Origin: Camelus dromedarius
Taxonomy: Eukaryota
Direction of reading: 5' to 3'
DNA length: 64,000 nt
Assembly (NCBI RefSeq): GCF_036321535.1
Contig: NC_087436.1
Span: 6,076,001 to 6,140,000 of the forward strand
Positions 1 to 13,298 of this stretch are shown here, piece by piece. Under the pieces are notes generated by a model. The model saw only the letters and a program-made list of their open reading frames with translations, did no database searches and had not been told where the DNA came from. Positions within the stretch are counted from its first letter, which is position 1; each line of letters opens with the position of its first letter. A program made the translations under genes and the position numbers.

Positions 1-150
1 GGTGTATAGGTCTTGAGTTCAAAGGAGGTATCAACTGGGTGTTGTCAGCACGTACGTGGAATTTACAGGCGTGAGACTGGGCGAGGCCCCGAGGGGAACA
101 GGTGTGGGGGCGGCAGGAGGAGAGCTGAGAACTGAGCCTGGGAATCTGCC
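1..150 (-). mobile_element. L2 LINE relic
   Basis: Degenerate L2-like motifs (GGTCTTGAGTTCAAAGGAGG...GTCAGCACGTACGTGG...GTGAGACTGGGCGAG...AGAACTGAGCCTGGGA); boundaries approximate. Confidence 0.5.
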
Positions 151-199
151 CTGCTGTGATGTCTAATCAATGGAGAGATACTCACTGAGAGACAATATT

Positions 200-495
200 A
201 AGGAAACCTGAGCCCATAAATAAGCAGAGAAAACCTAGCTGCACGCCGGGATGACATATCTGTCTATGCTGAGCGAGCAGTTAATATTCTCAAATGAGTG
301 AATACACCAGCCGGCGGAGAGGAAACAGGGACGTGCAGAATCAGCTTGAGACAGAGATGCAATTTGCCTGATGGTTTCCCAGTTCCTCTGTGACCAGCTG
401 TGTTTTACGCCCTGCGCTTGTACATTTCTTCTGTATCCTTTCGCTAAAATCTCTTATTTCCTGAGTTAGTTTGAGTGGACGTCTCCTCCTTATAG
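200..495 (+). mobile_element. Old ERVL-class LTR fragment (LTR16/LTR33-like 3' end)
   Basis: Ends in CTGAGTTAGTTTGAGTGGACGTCTC, resembling the ERVL LTR terminal motif, preceded by a decayed polyA-signal region. Confidence 0.35.
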
Positions 496-1164
496 ATAAA
501 GCACCTCTTGACAACCAATTGCTTTGCTCGCTGTGCCTAGAAACCTTCCTAGCTTAAATGGTCCCACCTCAAACTCCCAGAAAGGTCGAAGCCTAATTGC
601 AAGCAGCCTCAATCGGCAAGCAGGCTGCAGCTGGACAGCCAGCCCAGGGGAAATCGTGGAGTTTAGGCCAAACATTCTGGCTCTAGAAAATGTAAATTAA
701 GGTTAAGAAATATAAATTTAAGGGTCACCATTCCTGTGACCTACAAAGTCATGTGGAGCTGGGGTGGCAATAAATCAAAACAAGCCAGAGGCATGGGCGG
801 TCATCAGTTCTGGGGAGCAGAGAAGCCTTTCATAAGCACAGAAATTGAGTAAGCAGAGAGAAATTAAGAAAGTGGTGCAGATGACAGAGGGGAGAACGCT
901 TCCAACCTCAGTCTACCGAGCTGCAAAGGAACACACGTTGACGCAGCCTCCAGCCCCAGCCTCAGAGGGCTGACTCTGTGTTCTGTCCTTGGACACCCAC
1001 AACACACTTTGTTCGTTACATCTTTGTAGATGATGCTTTCAATGACAGCCTTGACTAGGCTGAGGATCCCAGCAAGAATCTTCATGAGCCTCCATGTAAA
1101 GGATGGATTATTTTTTTTCCTTGCAGGATGAATTTTTTGCATTTGGAGAGGGAAGGGCAGGACT

Positions 1165-1350
1165 GACAATAATAATTAAAGTTATTGTCTCCTGAGTGCC
1201 TTCGCTGTGTGTCAAGTCTTCATTAACACTCTCATTTCGTCCCCATCCCGGCGCTGTGGGATATTAGCCCTGTGGAATACGTCTTCATTTCACAGGTGAG
1301 AACTGCAGACATTTCCTACATCCCCAGGTCAGACAGGCCATAACTGGGCC
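1165..1350 (-). mobile_element. MIR SINE relic
   Basis: CTCATTT...CCCTGTGG...CATTTCACAGGTGAGAACTG resembles the MIR core. Confidence 0.45.
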
Positions 1351-1759
1351 AACCCAGGAGCACACTGGGCCTGCCATGCTGCAAAGTTCTCTCCAACATT
1401 CTGCTGTAATGCTTCTAAGTTGAGAAAATAACAACAATTAAAAAAAAATCAGAATCAGAAATTCACGATGCTTGTGGGATAACCAGTGAGATAGCCGGCT
1501 TACTCATAAGGGTGGCTATTCCTGTGTGTGAAGCAATGAAAAGCAAGGAGGGCTATGAGGATGCCAGGCTCAGTCAGCCCCCAGTGGCCAGGAAAGCGTA
1601 GCAGGCGAGTTTCTGCTTCATCCCACACACCATTTTGCAGAGCTAGCTCCAGTTATTAAGTGAAAAGATAATTGATAACATTAAAGCAAATACACTTAAC
1701 ATCACCATTTAATGTCTAATGTTGCCTTAAATAACCATCGAGGATCTTGATTTTTCTGA

Positions 1760-3215
1760 TCAAATATGTACCTGCTTCTGGCGTGGCTCCCCATTCTCGC
1801 CACCTGGGTTCTCAATGCCCAAGCCTAGGAGTTACACGTGATGCCCCCTCCTCCCTGCACCCCCGCATCCATGCCAGAACAAATTCCTGTCAACTGGACT
1901 TCCAAATAATTTAGAGTCTCACGATTTCTCTCCCAACTGCGACCACGCTGTCCAAGCCAAGATGGCCATTCTCTTAGATCAACCCTTAGCTTCTTGGGTG
2001 GATAACTCGATTAGCTGTCCAGCATATGAACTCCTTTTTTTTACACTTAAAGAATGTGCCTTGCAGAATGTGCTTCCTGCTAAAGAAGCTGAAATCACAA
2101 GACACACATTTCCCCAGCTTTTCTTCTTGTAGAACCTCAGCAAACCAGAGACAACTACGCAGAGCCTTGTGTCTGAAGCCAGTGACCCACAGAAGTGAGC
2201 AACTAGAACGTCCAGGGGGAGAGTCCACCCCCAGGGTCTGGACACCGCAGAACCCCCAGCGTTCAGAGGGAAGCACACTGTGCTCTGCCAGGGAGGGGCT
2301 GGGATTCCAGTTGTATTTCTGCCAGTTTCTCCAGGTGATTCTCTGGGCTCACTAATATGCTGACCCCCCCCCCCAAAATCACATTCTGGGTAAACCAGAA
2401 AGCTGGTTTATCTGCTTGTGCGTAGAGAATCAATGGCTAAAGCTCTCTAATTGGTACCCTGTCTTCACAGAGGAGAGCATGTGCTAAGTATGAGCTTGTC
2501 TCTCCCTGACTCCAGGCAACCAGTGGAATCCCACCTTACCTAGAATCAGGGGAAACTCCTGAAATGGCATCCGGTAGGGCCTATAAGACCAAATGTGATC
2601 TGAACTGTGTGCCCTGTAACCACTTCTTGTCACACTGCCTTCTGTTCCCTACAGGCCGCCCAGACTGGTCTTCTCCCTGTTCCTCAGCACAAAGGACTTA
2701 CTCCGTCTCTAAGGTTCCTTCACTTGCTTTTCCTTCTGGAGGGATGGTCCGCCCACAGATGCTCACATACTCAGCTCCACTGTGTCAGCCACGTCTCGGC
2801 TCAGATGACATCTCCACCAGCAAGCCCTCCTTGACTCTCCCCACTGAATTAGCTTCCTGCCAACCCAGTCACACTCCGGGAAACTGCCTGGGTTTCTTCT
2901 TTGTCTCTTGCCACTCTTGGAAGCTATTTGTTTGTTGACTCAGTATTGCCTGCCCTTCCCCTGCAGGCACACACACACACACACACACGTACATGCACAC
3001 ACACAGAGACATACATGTATACACACACATGCACACACGTACACATGCATGCACATATACACACATATACACACAAACACATACATACACACATGCGTGC
3101 ACACCTACACATATACACAGACACACATACACAGAGTTAGAGTGTGTATTTTGTTCGCCTCTATGTTCTAGTGCCTAGAAGAGTGTCTAGCCCATAGGAA
3201 GGCACTCTGTGAACA
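1760..3215 (+). mobile_element. Fragmented L2 relic, interrupted by other sequence and a microsatellite
   Basis: L2-like motifs: GCCCAAGCCTAGGAGTTAC...CCCCTC (~1817), GGCTCAGATGACATCTCC...AAGCCCTCCTTGAC (~2798), 3'-end motif CTAGTGCCTAGAAGAGTGTCTAGCCCATAGGAAGGCACTC (~3168). Confidence 0.5.
2968..3133. repeat. Compound (CA)n/(TA)n/(CATG) microsatellite, about 165 bp
   Basis: Directly visible, almost entirely alternating purine-pyrimidine tract; produces the His/Thr and Val/Cys ORFs in the track. Confidence 0.95.
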
Positions 3216-5835
3216 GGATGTAAATCTGAAAGAAGTTTTCAAATCAAGAGAAAAAAATAACAAATCTAGTACCTATTTGACTAAAGAAATCTTCAATACT
3301 TGCAAGGGTATAAGCAAGAAGGTAGAACAAAGGCTATTCCGTAGCGTACAGCTCAGAAGAACTGGGATAATCATGTCACCATTTTGTAGAAAGGACACTT
3401 AGAAGACCCCAAACTCTCAAACACACAATATGAGCAAAACATTTGGGGCTTGCATTTGAGTGTATTACCTATCAGAATTCATGTTATCTGTAAAGGAAGT
3501 CAAAGGAAAATTCTGATGAGAAAAAAAGTTTTAGAAATGCACACAACATGAGAGACATCAAGTTGGCAAGGAGGAGAACCAACCAGAGCCGGGCACATCA
3601 TGACAAAGGAGAATTTTAGACATCGAGGTCCAGATGAAAAGCCTGGATCCTTGGAGGAGCTCATAGTGAGTGCAATAAGAGAAAAGCACACACTTACAGG
3701 CAAGCTTTTTGGCTATTCATACCTCAGTGCAATTCCTGAGCTGAATGCACATGTGTGGGCACATATGACTAATCATCCAATCAAATGTTCAAAGAAACGC
3801 TCTGTCCTCTCTAGAGGAGAAGGCATGAAAGAAGGCACAGTCACTGCCCTCCTAGTACTCATGCCCTTCTGCAAACTCAGGGTTGCATCACTGAATCTCT
3901 TCTTGTTTCCCGTCTCCACTGGAACACTTCTTTCCCTCTGAAGTAAGTATCGTGATTTCCCAGCAAGTATCTCCATCTGAGCTCAAACCCAAGAAGACAC
4001 TTTTTGTCGCCCTCTGGCTCTTACGGTTTCCCGTATGACAGAACATACTGTGCAACTCATAATATAAAAGCATAAATATTCAACTCAACCTAATGAGATA
4101 GGATAAAACATTATCTCACTTACATAAGCAATTTACTTGATAAATGCGAAACACTGCATGACTTGTTGCAGACGTTCAGCCAGGACTGCAGAGCTCCCAT
4201 ATGTCAGCTTCCATTCTGGGTTCTTTCAGTTATCCAAAATGAGGAAGAGGAAGTAAAATTAGCAGCTAATAAATGAAACATGATTAGCATCTCATCTCCT
4301 AAGACAGATCAAGGAATATACCCTAACAGTTTAGCATCTATAGTGGAAGTGAAGAAAGGAAATAATTTTCAGGGTATATCACAAGTCAGTGTCCATATTT
4401 ATGAGATAATTTTTTCTATCCTTTATGAATCAGATTCAAGATGGATACAGAAATGACTCGGTAACGGTGGGCTGGTAAATCTGAGCCTCTTTTCTAGCTC
4501 TGTCTGCCCTAAGCACCCACAATGAAATAAGTTTCATACAATAGTGGTATAAACAGATCCATCCAGCATATGCAACCGACTGACAACAAATCAATGTGCT
4601 CCTTGGATTTGGGTCTGACAGAGCTTAGCAAACAAAAGATAATATTTCTCTGAAACAATTCTATACCGCAGTGCAAAAGATCTCGATCAAGCTTTTCTTT
4701 CTAAACACAATTCATCTCCAACCTCTTTCAAAACCACTGACTCTCTGCAGATATCTTCTGATACAATCTCTCTAAGCTCCAAGTAACAGAAATGTACCTG
4801 TGCATTACCAAAAATAAGATGTCATGCAGGCTTCAGAAAGCTCTCTGCGGAATTGTAGAGGATTTCCTAAAGATTCCTGTGCCAATTTTCATTTATATAA
4901 CTTTTATTTGAGAGAATGGCATTCAAAAATCCATTCATGCAATTACATTGAGTGCTAGATTTTGAGAGATTCTGTTATATTCAAAGGAAGTGATTTTATG
5001 CCAATCATCTGCATTTGTACTTAAATTACATGTAGACTCACAGAGTCTGGAAATATATTATTGTAACGAACATTCTGTTTCATTTTCTGCCAGTGCATGT
5101 GAGAAGGAACTTAGAAAAATCCCCTTGTTAAGTATGAGGGAAATGGTTTCTGGTGCCATTTGTTAAGTTTTAGAATTCTGTATTTTATAGTATAAAATAT
5201 CATAAAATAACTTATAAACATGAACCTGTCAAGAAGTTCTCAGAAAGACCCATCTTTATTGTAAAATTTCCCTAAAGAAAAATAACCTTCAACTTTATTG
5301 TGAATTTTTATTCCACTTACATGATGGAGAGGGTCTACCACTGCCTCAGTCTTATAAATAAATCAAACACACCTTCTGAGGGGAAAAAAGCCCAAATAGG
5401 AATTCCTTAAAGTTAATTGGAAGTTTCTTTGAAACTGAGCACATCTTATGCCATCCAATCTCTTTCAACACCCTATGTACCTTACCAAAGTAGTGAAGGA
5501 CATTTTCTACTATTGAAAGAAAAATGCTTTTTTCAAACCAAAAACATTGTAGCTAGAGATTGACATGCTGCAGGTGTAGCAGAAATTTACGTTGATAACT
5601 GGGATTATGGTGTAAAAAAGCGTCATAGCACCAATGAAAATGAAGTCAAATGAGCACGAAAACGCAAAATATATACTTTGCGGCAGAGGGGACAAGGAGT
5701 CGTCATAAGAAAGAGAAGTGCACCCACCTGTCCTCAGGCAAAGAGCTGTGAGGGTAAAGGTGCAGGGAGAGGGTTTATAGATAAACCTGAATGAGAGAAA
5801 TCTGGTTTCCACTTCTCAGCAGATACTGTCTTCTG

Positions 5836-6682
5836 TGTCGCTGAAACTTGGCCTCTGCACCTTGCTTACCAAATGGAGATTGGAGGACAGAGTTTTGGAT
5901 GAAGTAGAAAAGGCAGCTTATTTCTTTGCAGGCAAAGGAGGTCCCAGTGGGCTAAGACTGGGCCTGCTGGGTTTTATAGTAAAAGTTCAAGTGTTTAAGG
6001 GTGGAGCTGGTTTCCATAGAAATTGCATACAGGGTAACAAATTGTTGCAAAGTTGTTCCTGTTTTTGCAGATGCAGCGTCCCCTTCATCCCCTTCGCTGT
6101 GCTGTATATGAAGTTCATCTTTGGCTTTGGGATTCTCTCAATATTCTTGTACCTGGATCAAAGGGTGCATAGGAACAGGCTCCATGGAAAAGAGCTCTAG
6201 AGAAAAACTTGCACAGTTTAAAGTCAGGTGGATAAATGCTTTTAGCCTTTTGAGCAGGCTGAGGCCTGGGACCTCCCGCTGCAGGCTGAGGGCTGCAGGT
6301 CAAACAACAGGATCCAAGGAAACCACAAGGGGTCAAGAGCAGAGCACTGAAGTCAAGAGCAGGGCATTAGGGTCAAAAGGAGGGCCCTGAGCATGACCCC
6401 TGCACACAGGGGGTTGGGCAGACCACCCAAGCCTCCCTCCTCTCCAGTCCAACCCTGGGCAGCAGGAGCAGGAGAAAAACCCTTCAAGCCATTATGCAGT
6501 TATGCAGTTACAAACACCACTGCAGATACCAGATGGTCACTGATGACAATAGGATCCTTCTTGGTTATATTCCCAAATACTTTAAGATGGACAAAGCTCT
6601 CCTGACTCCTACACTCAGATCATAGACCACAGGAGGCAATCCCAGCAAAATCTCTAATTTATATTCCTAGGTTCCTGTGTCA
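5836..6682 (-). mobile_element. ERV1-like solo LTR (long form)
   Basis: Begins TGTCGCTGAA, like the other TGTTACTGA-type LTRs in this window; decayed reverse polyA signal CAGCTTATTTC near 5914; right end (TGTGTCA) uncertain, no TSD found. Confidence 0.6.
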
Positions 6683-8081
6683 CCTTTCCCTCCCCTCCGT
6701 GCCCATGCTTTTGGCCCCAACTCTTCTTGGACCTAAATTCTCACCACCACCCTCGAGGCTTTGACATCTACCTGTGGCCCATTTAGTACGATGACTCTGA
6801 ACTATCATCTTGCATTCTCTGGCATTTCCTGCTTACATATTAGTCTCTCCACGTCTTGAATTCTAGCACTCCTCAAGGAAGAAGGTTCTGCTCCAACTGT
6901 TAGCACTAAGGAACTCCATCTGCATTCTGTCAAGCCTTGAATCTCAAAGGGATTTACACCCTTAAGATACAGTAACATTTTTTAACGGTTATGACTCTTG
7001 TAAGTGGGAGACATCATTCTGGCTAATTTATGCAACAGTAAATCCACTGGAAACCACATTTGGGAGCCCAGGAATCAGCAGAGTAAACTAAAGCATCAGA
7101 CTTAGAAATGTATAGAACCCAAGGCCCACACCCCAAGACAAGAATGCAAAAGTTACGGGAAAGCTTTATAGAAAGAAGCGTCTGGTTAGCATGTAACCTT
7201 TGGAATGGATGAACATCTATCTTTTTCAGTCTATTTATTCTCATATTTAATATTCCCTAGAGGGAGTCTCATTGCCTAGCTTAAGGGATGTAACTTTCAG
7301 ATTACAGTGCCGTAAAAATATGTCCAAAGGTGAAAAAGAAAATCTACAAAATGAAACTGAAATGGTATTTAGAAAGGTCAAAAAAAGATTAGCCAATACC
7401 ACTACTGTATTCGATTTTCTAAGAGAATAGTGGCTTGACCAGAGACTGTACCTAGACAGACAATTATCCTAAAATCATTTTAGTGAACTCTTTCTTCTGT
7501 ATTAGATATATAGTTATATGAGGATCTCAGAATCCCTTTAAATCCCCAAATTCATATATATCCTAGTTCACTGAAGCCCAAAAATCTTACAGCTAGAAAT
7601 GTCTCCATGGCTATTATTAAAAAAAAAAAACAGTGAAAATCATAAGTACACTTTGCTATAAAGGTTCTTGAGAAAATAATCAGTAGGCAAAACTAAGTGG
7701 TCTACAGATAGACCTCTGCGTCTTCAGATTGTGATTAAGGTGGCCTTTTAAATTTAAGCATACATGAACAAATACTGTTCCGGTTCAAAGGACGTAGGAA
7801 ATAAATATTTTATGTAGAAAAAGATTAAATTTTAAAAATGCATATTTATAGCCTCTTACTTCAAATTTGGATTTAATGAAAGAATTGAAAACAGGGACTA
7901 AATCCGGGTAAAAGTTCTCACTCTTCTTCCTCACAATGAAATGTCCTTGTCATAAAGTCACCAGAGTTTGAACTCTTTTCCATTTTCTGAGGTCAAGCAT
8001 TTCATATACAGGTAGACTTCTTTATCCTAAGAATATTAATTATTACCAAGGAAGTAGAAGTTAGCTACAAATCAGAGATCA

Positions 8082-8512
8082 TGTTACTGAGTCCAAACTC
8101 ATTCTGTTCACCACACAACTGACCAATAAATCGGGAGATGAGGTGTTGTGGCAAGGAATAGCAACTTTATTTGGAAAGCCAGCAGACCAAAAGGATGGCA
8201 GACTAATGTCTTGGAGAACCATCCTCTGGTCAGAATACAGGCTCCTTTTATACAAAAAAACAGGGGAGAGAGTGTGGTTGGTTGTTGCAAACTTCTTGGT
8301 GTAGGAATTCTTTGTTCCTGCAGCTGTCCACGTGAGCCAGCTCATGGTGCTCCTGCAAAACATCCAACAAACAAATGTTATTCTCAATTCTGCAACTTGT
8401 TATCTTTATGTAAGTGCAGAGCTAGCAAAACTAAGCCTAGGAAACAGGGCACAGTGGTTAAAGACAAAGAAACAGATTTAATATTGAGTCAGATTTGTTC
8501 TTTTCTATTACA
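8082..8512 (-). mobile_element. ERV1-like solo LTR with 4-bp TSD
   Basis: TG...CA termini; exact TSD ATCA at 8078-8081 and 8513-8516; TTTATT (minus-strand AATAAA) near 8166. Confidence 0.9.
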
Positions 8513-9400
8513 ATCACATGGGCCCAGAGGATAATTTCACATCAATTAATTAGAGACAAAGCAAGGAAACACCTATTTAGTATTTATTTATTTTTCAAAA
8601 CGGAAATGGAGTTGATGTTAAACAAAAATGCAGTCTTTGAAAACAACCAACGCAGGACAGGATATTAAAATGCCTTTCATTTAATTTGAGATCCTGGTGC
8701 TCATTCACATTGTGGTAGAATTGGTTGCTATGATACAGTTAGTTCTGGAGCTACTCTGCAGTACCTTCCCTCAGTGCTTGGCTCCCCACTCCTGACTGCA
8801 GAAGCCAACTTTCACTGATACATTTGTTCAGCCTCCTTCAGATGCCCCACTTTCTATCACTTCTCTCCTTCCCACTGTCTTATCCACAAATGCTAGTGCC
8901 TACCTGATCTACATGAGTTATGTTCCAAGGATTCAACTGTAAAAAGATTCATAAAAGATCTGGATCCTTCCCCCACAGTTAAGTCAAATGAAGAGTGAGA
9001 CAGATAAGCAAGTCTAGTACAGTGTCCTTCAAACTTTTGAAAGAATGTTGTAAATTTGCCATAATGAAAAAAATACACATTGTATTTCAATCTAGTAGAT
9101 ACATATGTCAGAGGGAAAAAAAATCATTCACAAAGCAATATTTTTATTGTTATGTGAGATATACTTGGATATGTTCTATTTTATTTTTTCTATTACTTTT
9201 CTTCATGCTGCTCTATTAAGTTATTTTAACAATCCATTATGTTTCAGATCAAAGTTTGAAAAATATGGTTTTAAAAAATGTATGCAGATAACAGAATTCC
9301 AAAAGACAGGGACTTAGTACTTTGTATTTATTATGGCATCCCCACATGTTTATCAAACTCTCCAACATAGGTTAGCTAACATAACCTAACATAAGCCTGT

Positions 9401-9496
9401 TGAATGGATGGATGGATGGATGGACGGACGGACGGATGGATGGATGGATGGATGGACGGACAGATGAATGGATGTATGGATGGGTGGCTGGATGGA
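9401..9496. repeat. (GGAT)n/(GGAC)n microsatellite at the 3' tail of an L2 relic
   Basis: Visible tetranucleotide repeat directly after an L2-like 3' end (about 9300-9400, ending TGTTGAATG). Confidence 0.9.
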
Positions 9497-9749
9497 AGTA
9501 AAGACAGAATAAATGTTTTCATCAGTCCCTAACTCTTCATGAGTAATCAGGAAAAGCTTTACTAGGGATGGAGGGCTTGAGGGGAGATATGAAAGATTAG
9601 ATGTATTTTTTTTTCAGAGAAAATTATTACCTAACTGGCTGCAAAGATTTAAAGTCATGAGAGATCAAGAAATATTTGGGATGTAACAAGTAAATCATAA
9701 TGACAACCGTGTTCTTCTTCAGGGTGATGAACTCATTTTGCTTTATGTG

Positions 9750-11020
9750 TTAACCATACAGTGATAATGCCCAAATTTATATCTTCATTCCCAGCTTCAC
9801 CCTGAGCACCAAATATTTTCCACTGTCTCCTGAATCTCTCCACTTGGATATCTAATACACGAGCCAGGTTTAACATTCCCCAAGCAAAAATCGTCAATGT
9901 TCTACTCTTCCCATCTTCCTCCCTCCCATCAGACACTAATGGAACCACCATCTACACATTCAATGAGCCAGAATGAAGTCTTCCTTGATAGTCCTTTTCC
10001 ATAATCTCTACTTGTCATTGATGAACAAATCTTTTGTCTCTACCTTGAAGATCCATTGGAATTGGTTGAATTCTCATTAGCTCACCTGCTACTACTTTGT
10101 CCAAATCACGGTCCTCTCTTGGCCAGATGACTGCATTTGTACTTTAACTGATATTTTTTACCTCTTTTTTGCAAGTACTCCTTCTCCAACAAACACACAA
10201 AGAGACGAGAGGAATCTTTCTAAAGGATAAATCTTACCTTCCTTGCTTAATACTTTGCATTAGTTTCTCATCACACTTAGAAGCAATTAAAATACTTTTT
10301 CAATCTGACAAATTCCTCCGTATACTACAGAAATGATGATTGGATTCTAGAGCCAGATTGCTTGCATTTGTAATGGATTCTGCCATTTACTAGTCATAAA
10401 TTTTTCTGTATGATCTTGGACAAGCCATTCATTTCCTCCTTGTTCAGTGCCCTAATTTGTAAAATAGTGATTAATAATAGTACCTTTGTCATAGAGATAG
10501 TGTTAGAAATAAAGGAGCTAACGTTTGTTTGGAATAATGTTTGGTACATTGTACATTATTATTGTTGTTATTATTGATCTTCTTGCTAATAGAATAGTGA
10601 TTATTATACACTATCTGTTCCTGTTGACTTTCTCAATTTTACTTTAAACCAGTCCTGTCCACCCACCCCCAACTATGTTCCAGCTACTCTGGCCTTGGCT
10701 CTTTTGGGGGGTTTACCTTTGGTTCCTCTCCCTTGGGACTTCCTCTTACCCCAGCTGTTTCTATAAATGGACCACTTCAAGTCTGACCTCAGCTAGCACT
10801 TCCTCTGGATGGCCTCCCCTCAGCTTCCTATCTGAAGTAGCCCTTATCCCCTCTCCACATTTAGTCACTCTATTCCATACCCTCTTTGATTTTCTTTGGA
10901 ACTTATCACTATCTATTTACTTTATTAATTTGTGTTTTTTTTTTAGGGAAGGATTTGTTTATTATCCATCCTTTCCTTTGGAAATGTAAGTTCCTTTAAA
11001 GAAAAATACAACAGCTACTC
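9750..11020 (+). mobile_element. L2 relic interrupted by a MIR (about 10330-10570)
   Basis: CTCCACTTGGATATCTAATA (L2 core); MIR motif GATCTTGGACAAG...GTAAAATAGTGATTAATAATAGTACCT. Confidence 0.65.
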
Positions 11021-12132
11021 AGCATGTATTTGTAAAATAACTGTGTATGTACAATAATGTGTGTATACATTCATATATATTATATATACACCTACATATA
11101 TATTCATATTCAAAAAATATATATTATGTGAAATTCATGAGAAAGAATTGCAAGAGTTATTACTAGACAGATTTTTACAGCTTTTAGAAAGAGATTCTGT
11201 TTCATTTCATAGTCTGGGAGGGCCACTGAAGAAATTAAAGTACAAAAGTAAATTAATCAGATTTTCAAGTTGTAAAGAACTCCAATAGCAGAGTCAAGAA
11301 TTGTTTGGAATGGACAACCCTGAAGGACATTATATCAGTTCGGAGCCTTTTGAAAAAAATCCATTTGAGGTAAGTGTAGAGATAGAAATAAGAACAAGTA
11401 TTCAAGAGACACTTAAGTGCAATCACTATGTCCACGGCTTCACTCTCCTGTAAGCACAAAGGTGTGGGATTCTGTTGGTTCCCAGAAGGGAGTGTTTTCA
11501 ATATAGCCAATGCAAATCTGGAGGGAGGTTCATCAAGAGAAAGGTGACTAAATATGTAAATTCAATGTAACCTGTCAATTTAGAGTCTTAAGTAGGGACC
11601 ACTTCCTTCCTGAGACTCCAGGATGAGAGCATCCCAATTAAACCCAAGCTTCTGTCACTTGCTGCGCCTCCCTTCAACATCGTGGGACACTGTGTTCTCC
11701 TTGGCGCACACTCTGCCTCCTGCAGAAGTGTGGAGGTTGGGCGAGTTGAGAACATGTTAAGCATGTGCCACATTAAATCTGAGACTCCAGTTCCTTGAAC
11801 CTCCTGGCCCTATCTCTCACTAGAACACATGTCACCAAAGTTCTTACTTACTCAAGTTAACTTTCACTGATCCTCCTGTTTCTCCCTTCAATTCAGGTTG
11901 TGTTAGGTGACCCCATTCCATCACACATGTCTGAAACCCAAAGTGTACCACATTCACATTCTTTTTCAGTAGCCTTTGTGTTCCAAATACATTAATGAAT
12001 GGGTTCAGCTTGTAACTTACTCTTTATGTCAGCTAATAAGCTAGAAAATTGAAAATAATAGTTGGGCTGGAATAGCTTGAGGAACTTGAAGGAAGACAGT
12101 GTTGCCTAACTCCATGTGCTGGCCTGTCAGAT

Positions 12133-12612
12133 TTTTACTGAACCCAAGTTTGTGTGCCCAATGCACCCTGAGGCCAAAGAAACCAAAAATGTCAGAGTTT
12201 GGAGAAGAGAAAAGTTTATCACAAGGCCCAGCAAGGAGAACAGGGTGGCTTATGCCCAAGAAAACCCCGAACTCCCCGAAGGATTTCAGCAAAGTATATT
12301 TAAAGGCAGGTGAGGGAGAGGGTGTGGTGAGGTCCATGATCAGCTCGTGCACAATCCCCTGATTGGTTGAGGATGAGGTAACAGTGGGGTCAACGCTATC
12401 AACCCCTAGGCGCTGGAAAGTCAGGGAGCCACGTGCTCTCCATCGTCAAGTAGCTGATTTCTTCCCTTTGGTGGTGGATTTTAGCATCTGTAACACTTAG
12501 GAAATAGACATGCGATACTATTATCTGGGTACTTCAGAGAGGAGCTACAGCAGAGGACACGGGGGAGGGGGGTCTGTCCTGGGAAGGCCTCACAGGGTCC
12601 TACTCAGTTATA
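12133..12612 (-). mobile_element. ERV1-like solo LTR with 4-bp TSD
   Basis: Mutated TG..CA ends (TTTTACTGAACC...CTCAGTTATA); exact TSD AGAT at 12129-12132 and 12613-12616; shares its terminal block with the LTR at 31849. Confidence 0.85.
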
Positions 12613-13191
12613 AGATTCTCACTGTGGCTTTGCCAAAATACAATTAAAGTGGATTTTAAAAGTGGGTATGGGATTAGGCAGGATCCCCATACCGTCTGGT
12701 ATGGTAGGTATGGCTGGATTTGGATGGATGACGACATGGATGGTAGTGTCATTTACCAAAAAAGGTATCAATAAGGCTTAGATTTGACATGGTTTATTTT
12801 TATTAACATTTACTTTTAGGAACCCTTGAGATATATAAATATGTGTGTGTGTATATATATCTTCAGGTAGATTTACAGACATGGGACTTGTCATTTACAA
12901 ACTCCTGTGATACAGGCTTCAAAGCTGTTACAGATCATCCTTGTATCTTGTTGGGGAGAAGTCAATCCAAACTAAATGTCAATAAGCCAGTTTATGGAGA
13001 CTTAAAACTAGAAGCTGTGTTTTTCCCTTTGCTCCAGGTTTTTGCTTTTACTATACTATGCTGCCCACCAATCTCATACAACTAACTGTCAAGGAAATTT
13101 CTCCACACAAATTTTATCTTGGCTTCCTCTATGATGAAACTTCAAACTATTCTCTAGTAGGACATTTTTCATCAAGAAGACTTGGTATGTG

Positions 13192-13298
13192 CAGTATTTA
13201 AAAAATATATATATTTTTAAGTGAAGGCACTGGGTATTGAACCCAGGACTTCACACATCCTAAGCACGTGCTCCACCACTGAGCTATACCCTCCCCCC
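13192..13298 (-). mobile_element. Camelid tRNA-derived SINE (Vic-1 type, short form)
   Basis: Reverse complement reads GGGGGAGGGTATAGCTCAGTGGTGGAGCACGTGCTTAGG...CCTGGGTTCAATACCCAGTGCC (A and B boxes); flanking direct repeat. Confidence 0.9.

Noticed and set aside
2869..3178. His/Thr-rich and Val/Cys-rich ORFs
   Set aside because: Translations of the CA-rich microsatellite
5486..5786. Possible minus-strand exon (acceptor at 5786, donors at 5728 or 5486)
   Set aside because: Splice signals are plausible, but the long form has a stop in the tracked frame and no recognisable product; too weak to call
11310..11375. ATG...GAG|GTAAGT reading MDNPEGHYISSEPFEKNPFE
   Set aside because: Strong donor, but no polypyrimidine acceptor or promoter context upstream and no family recognised
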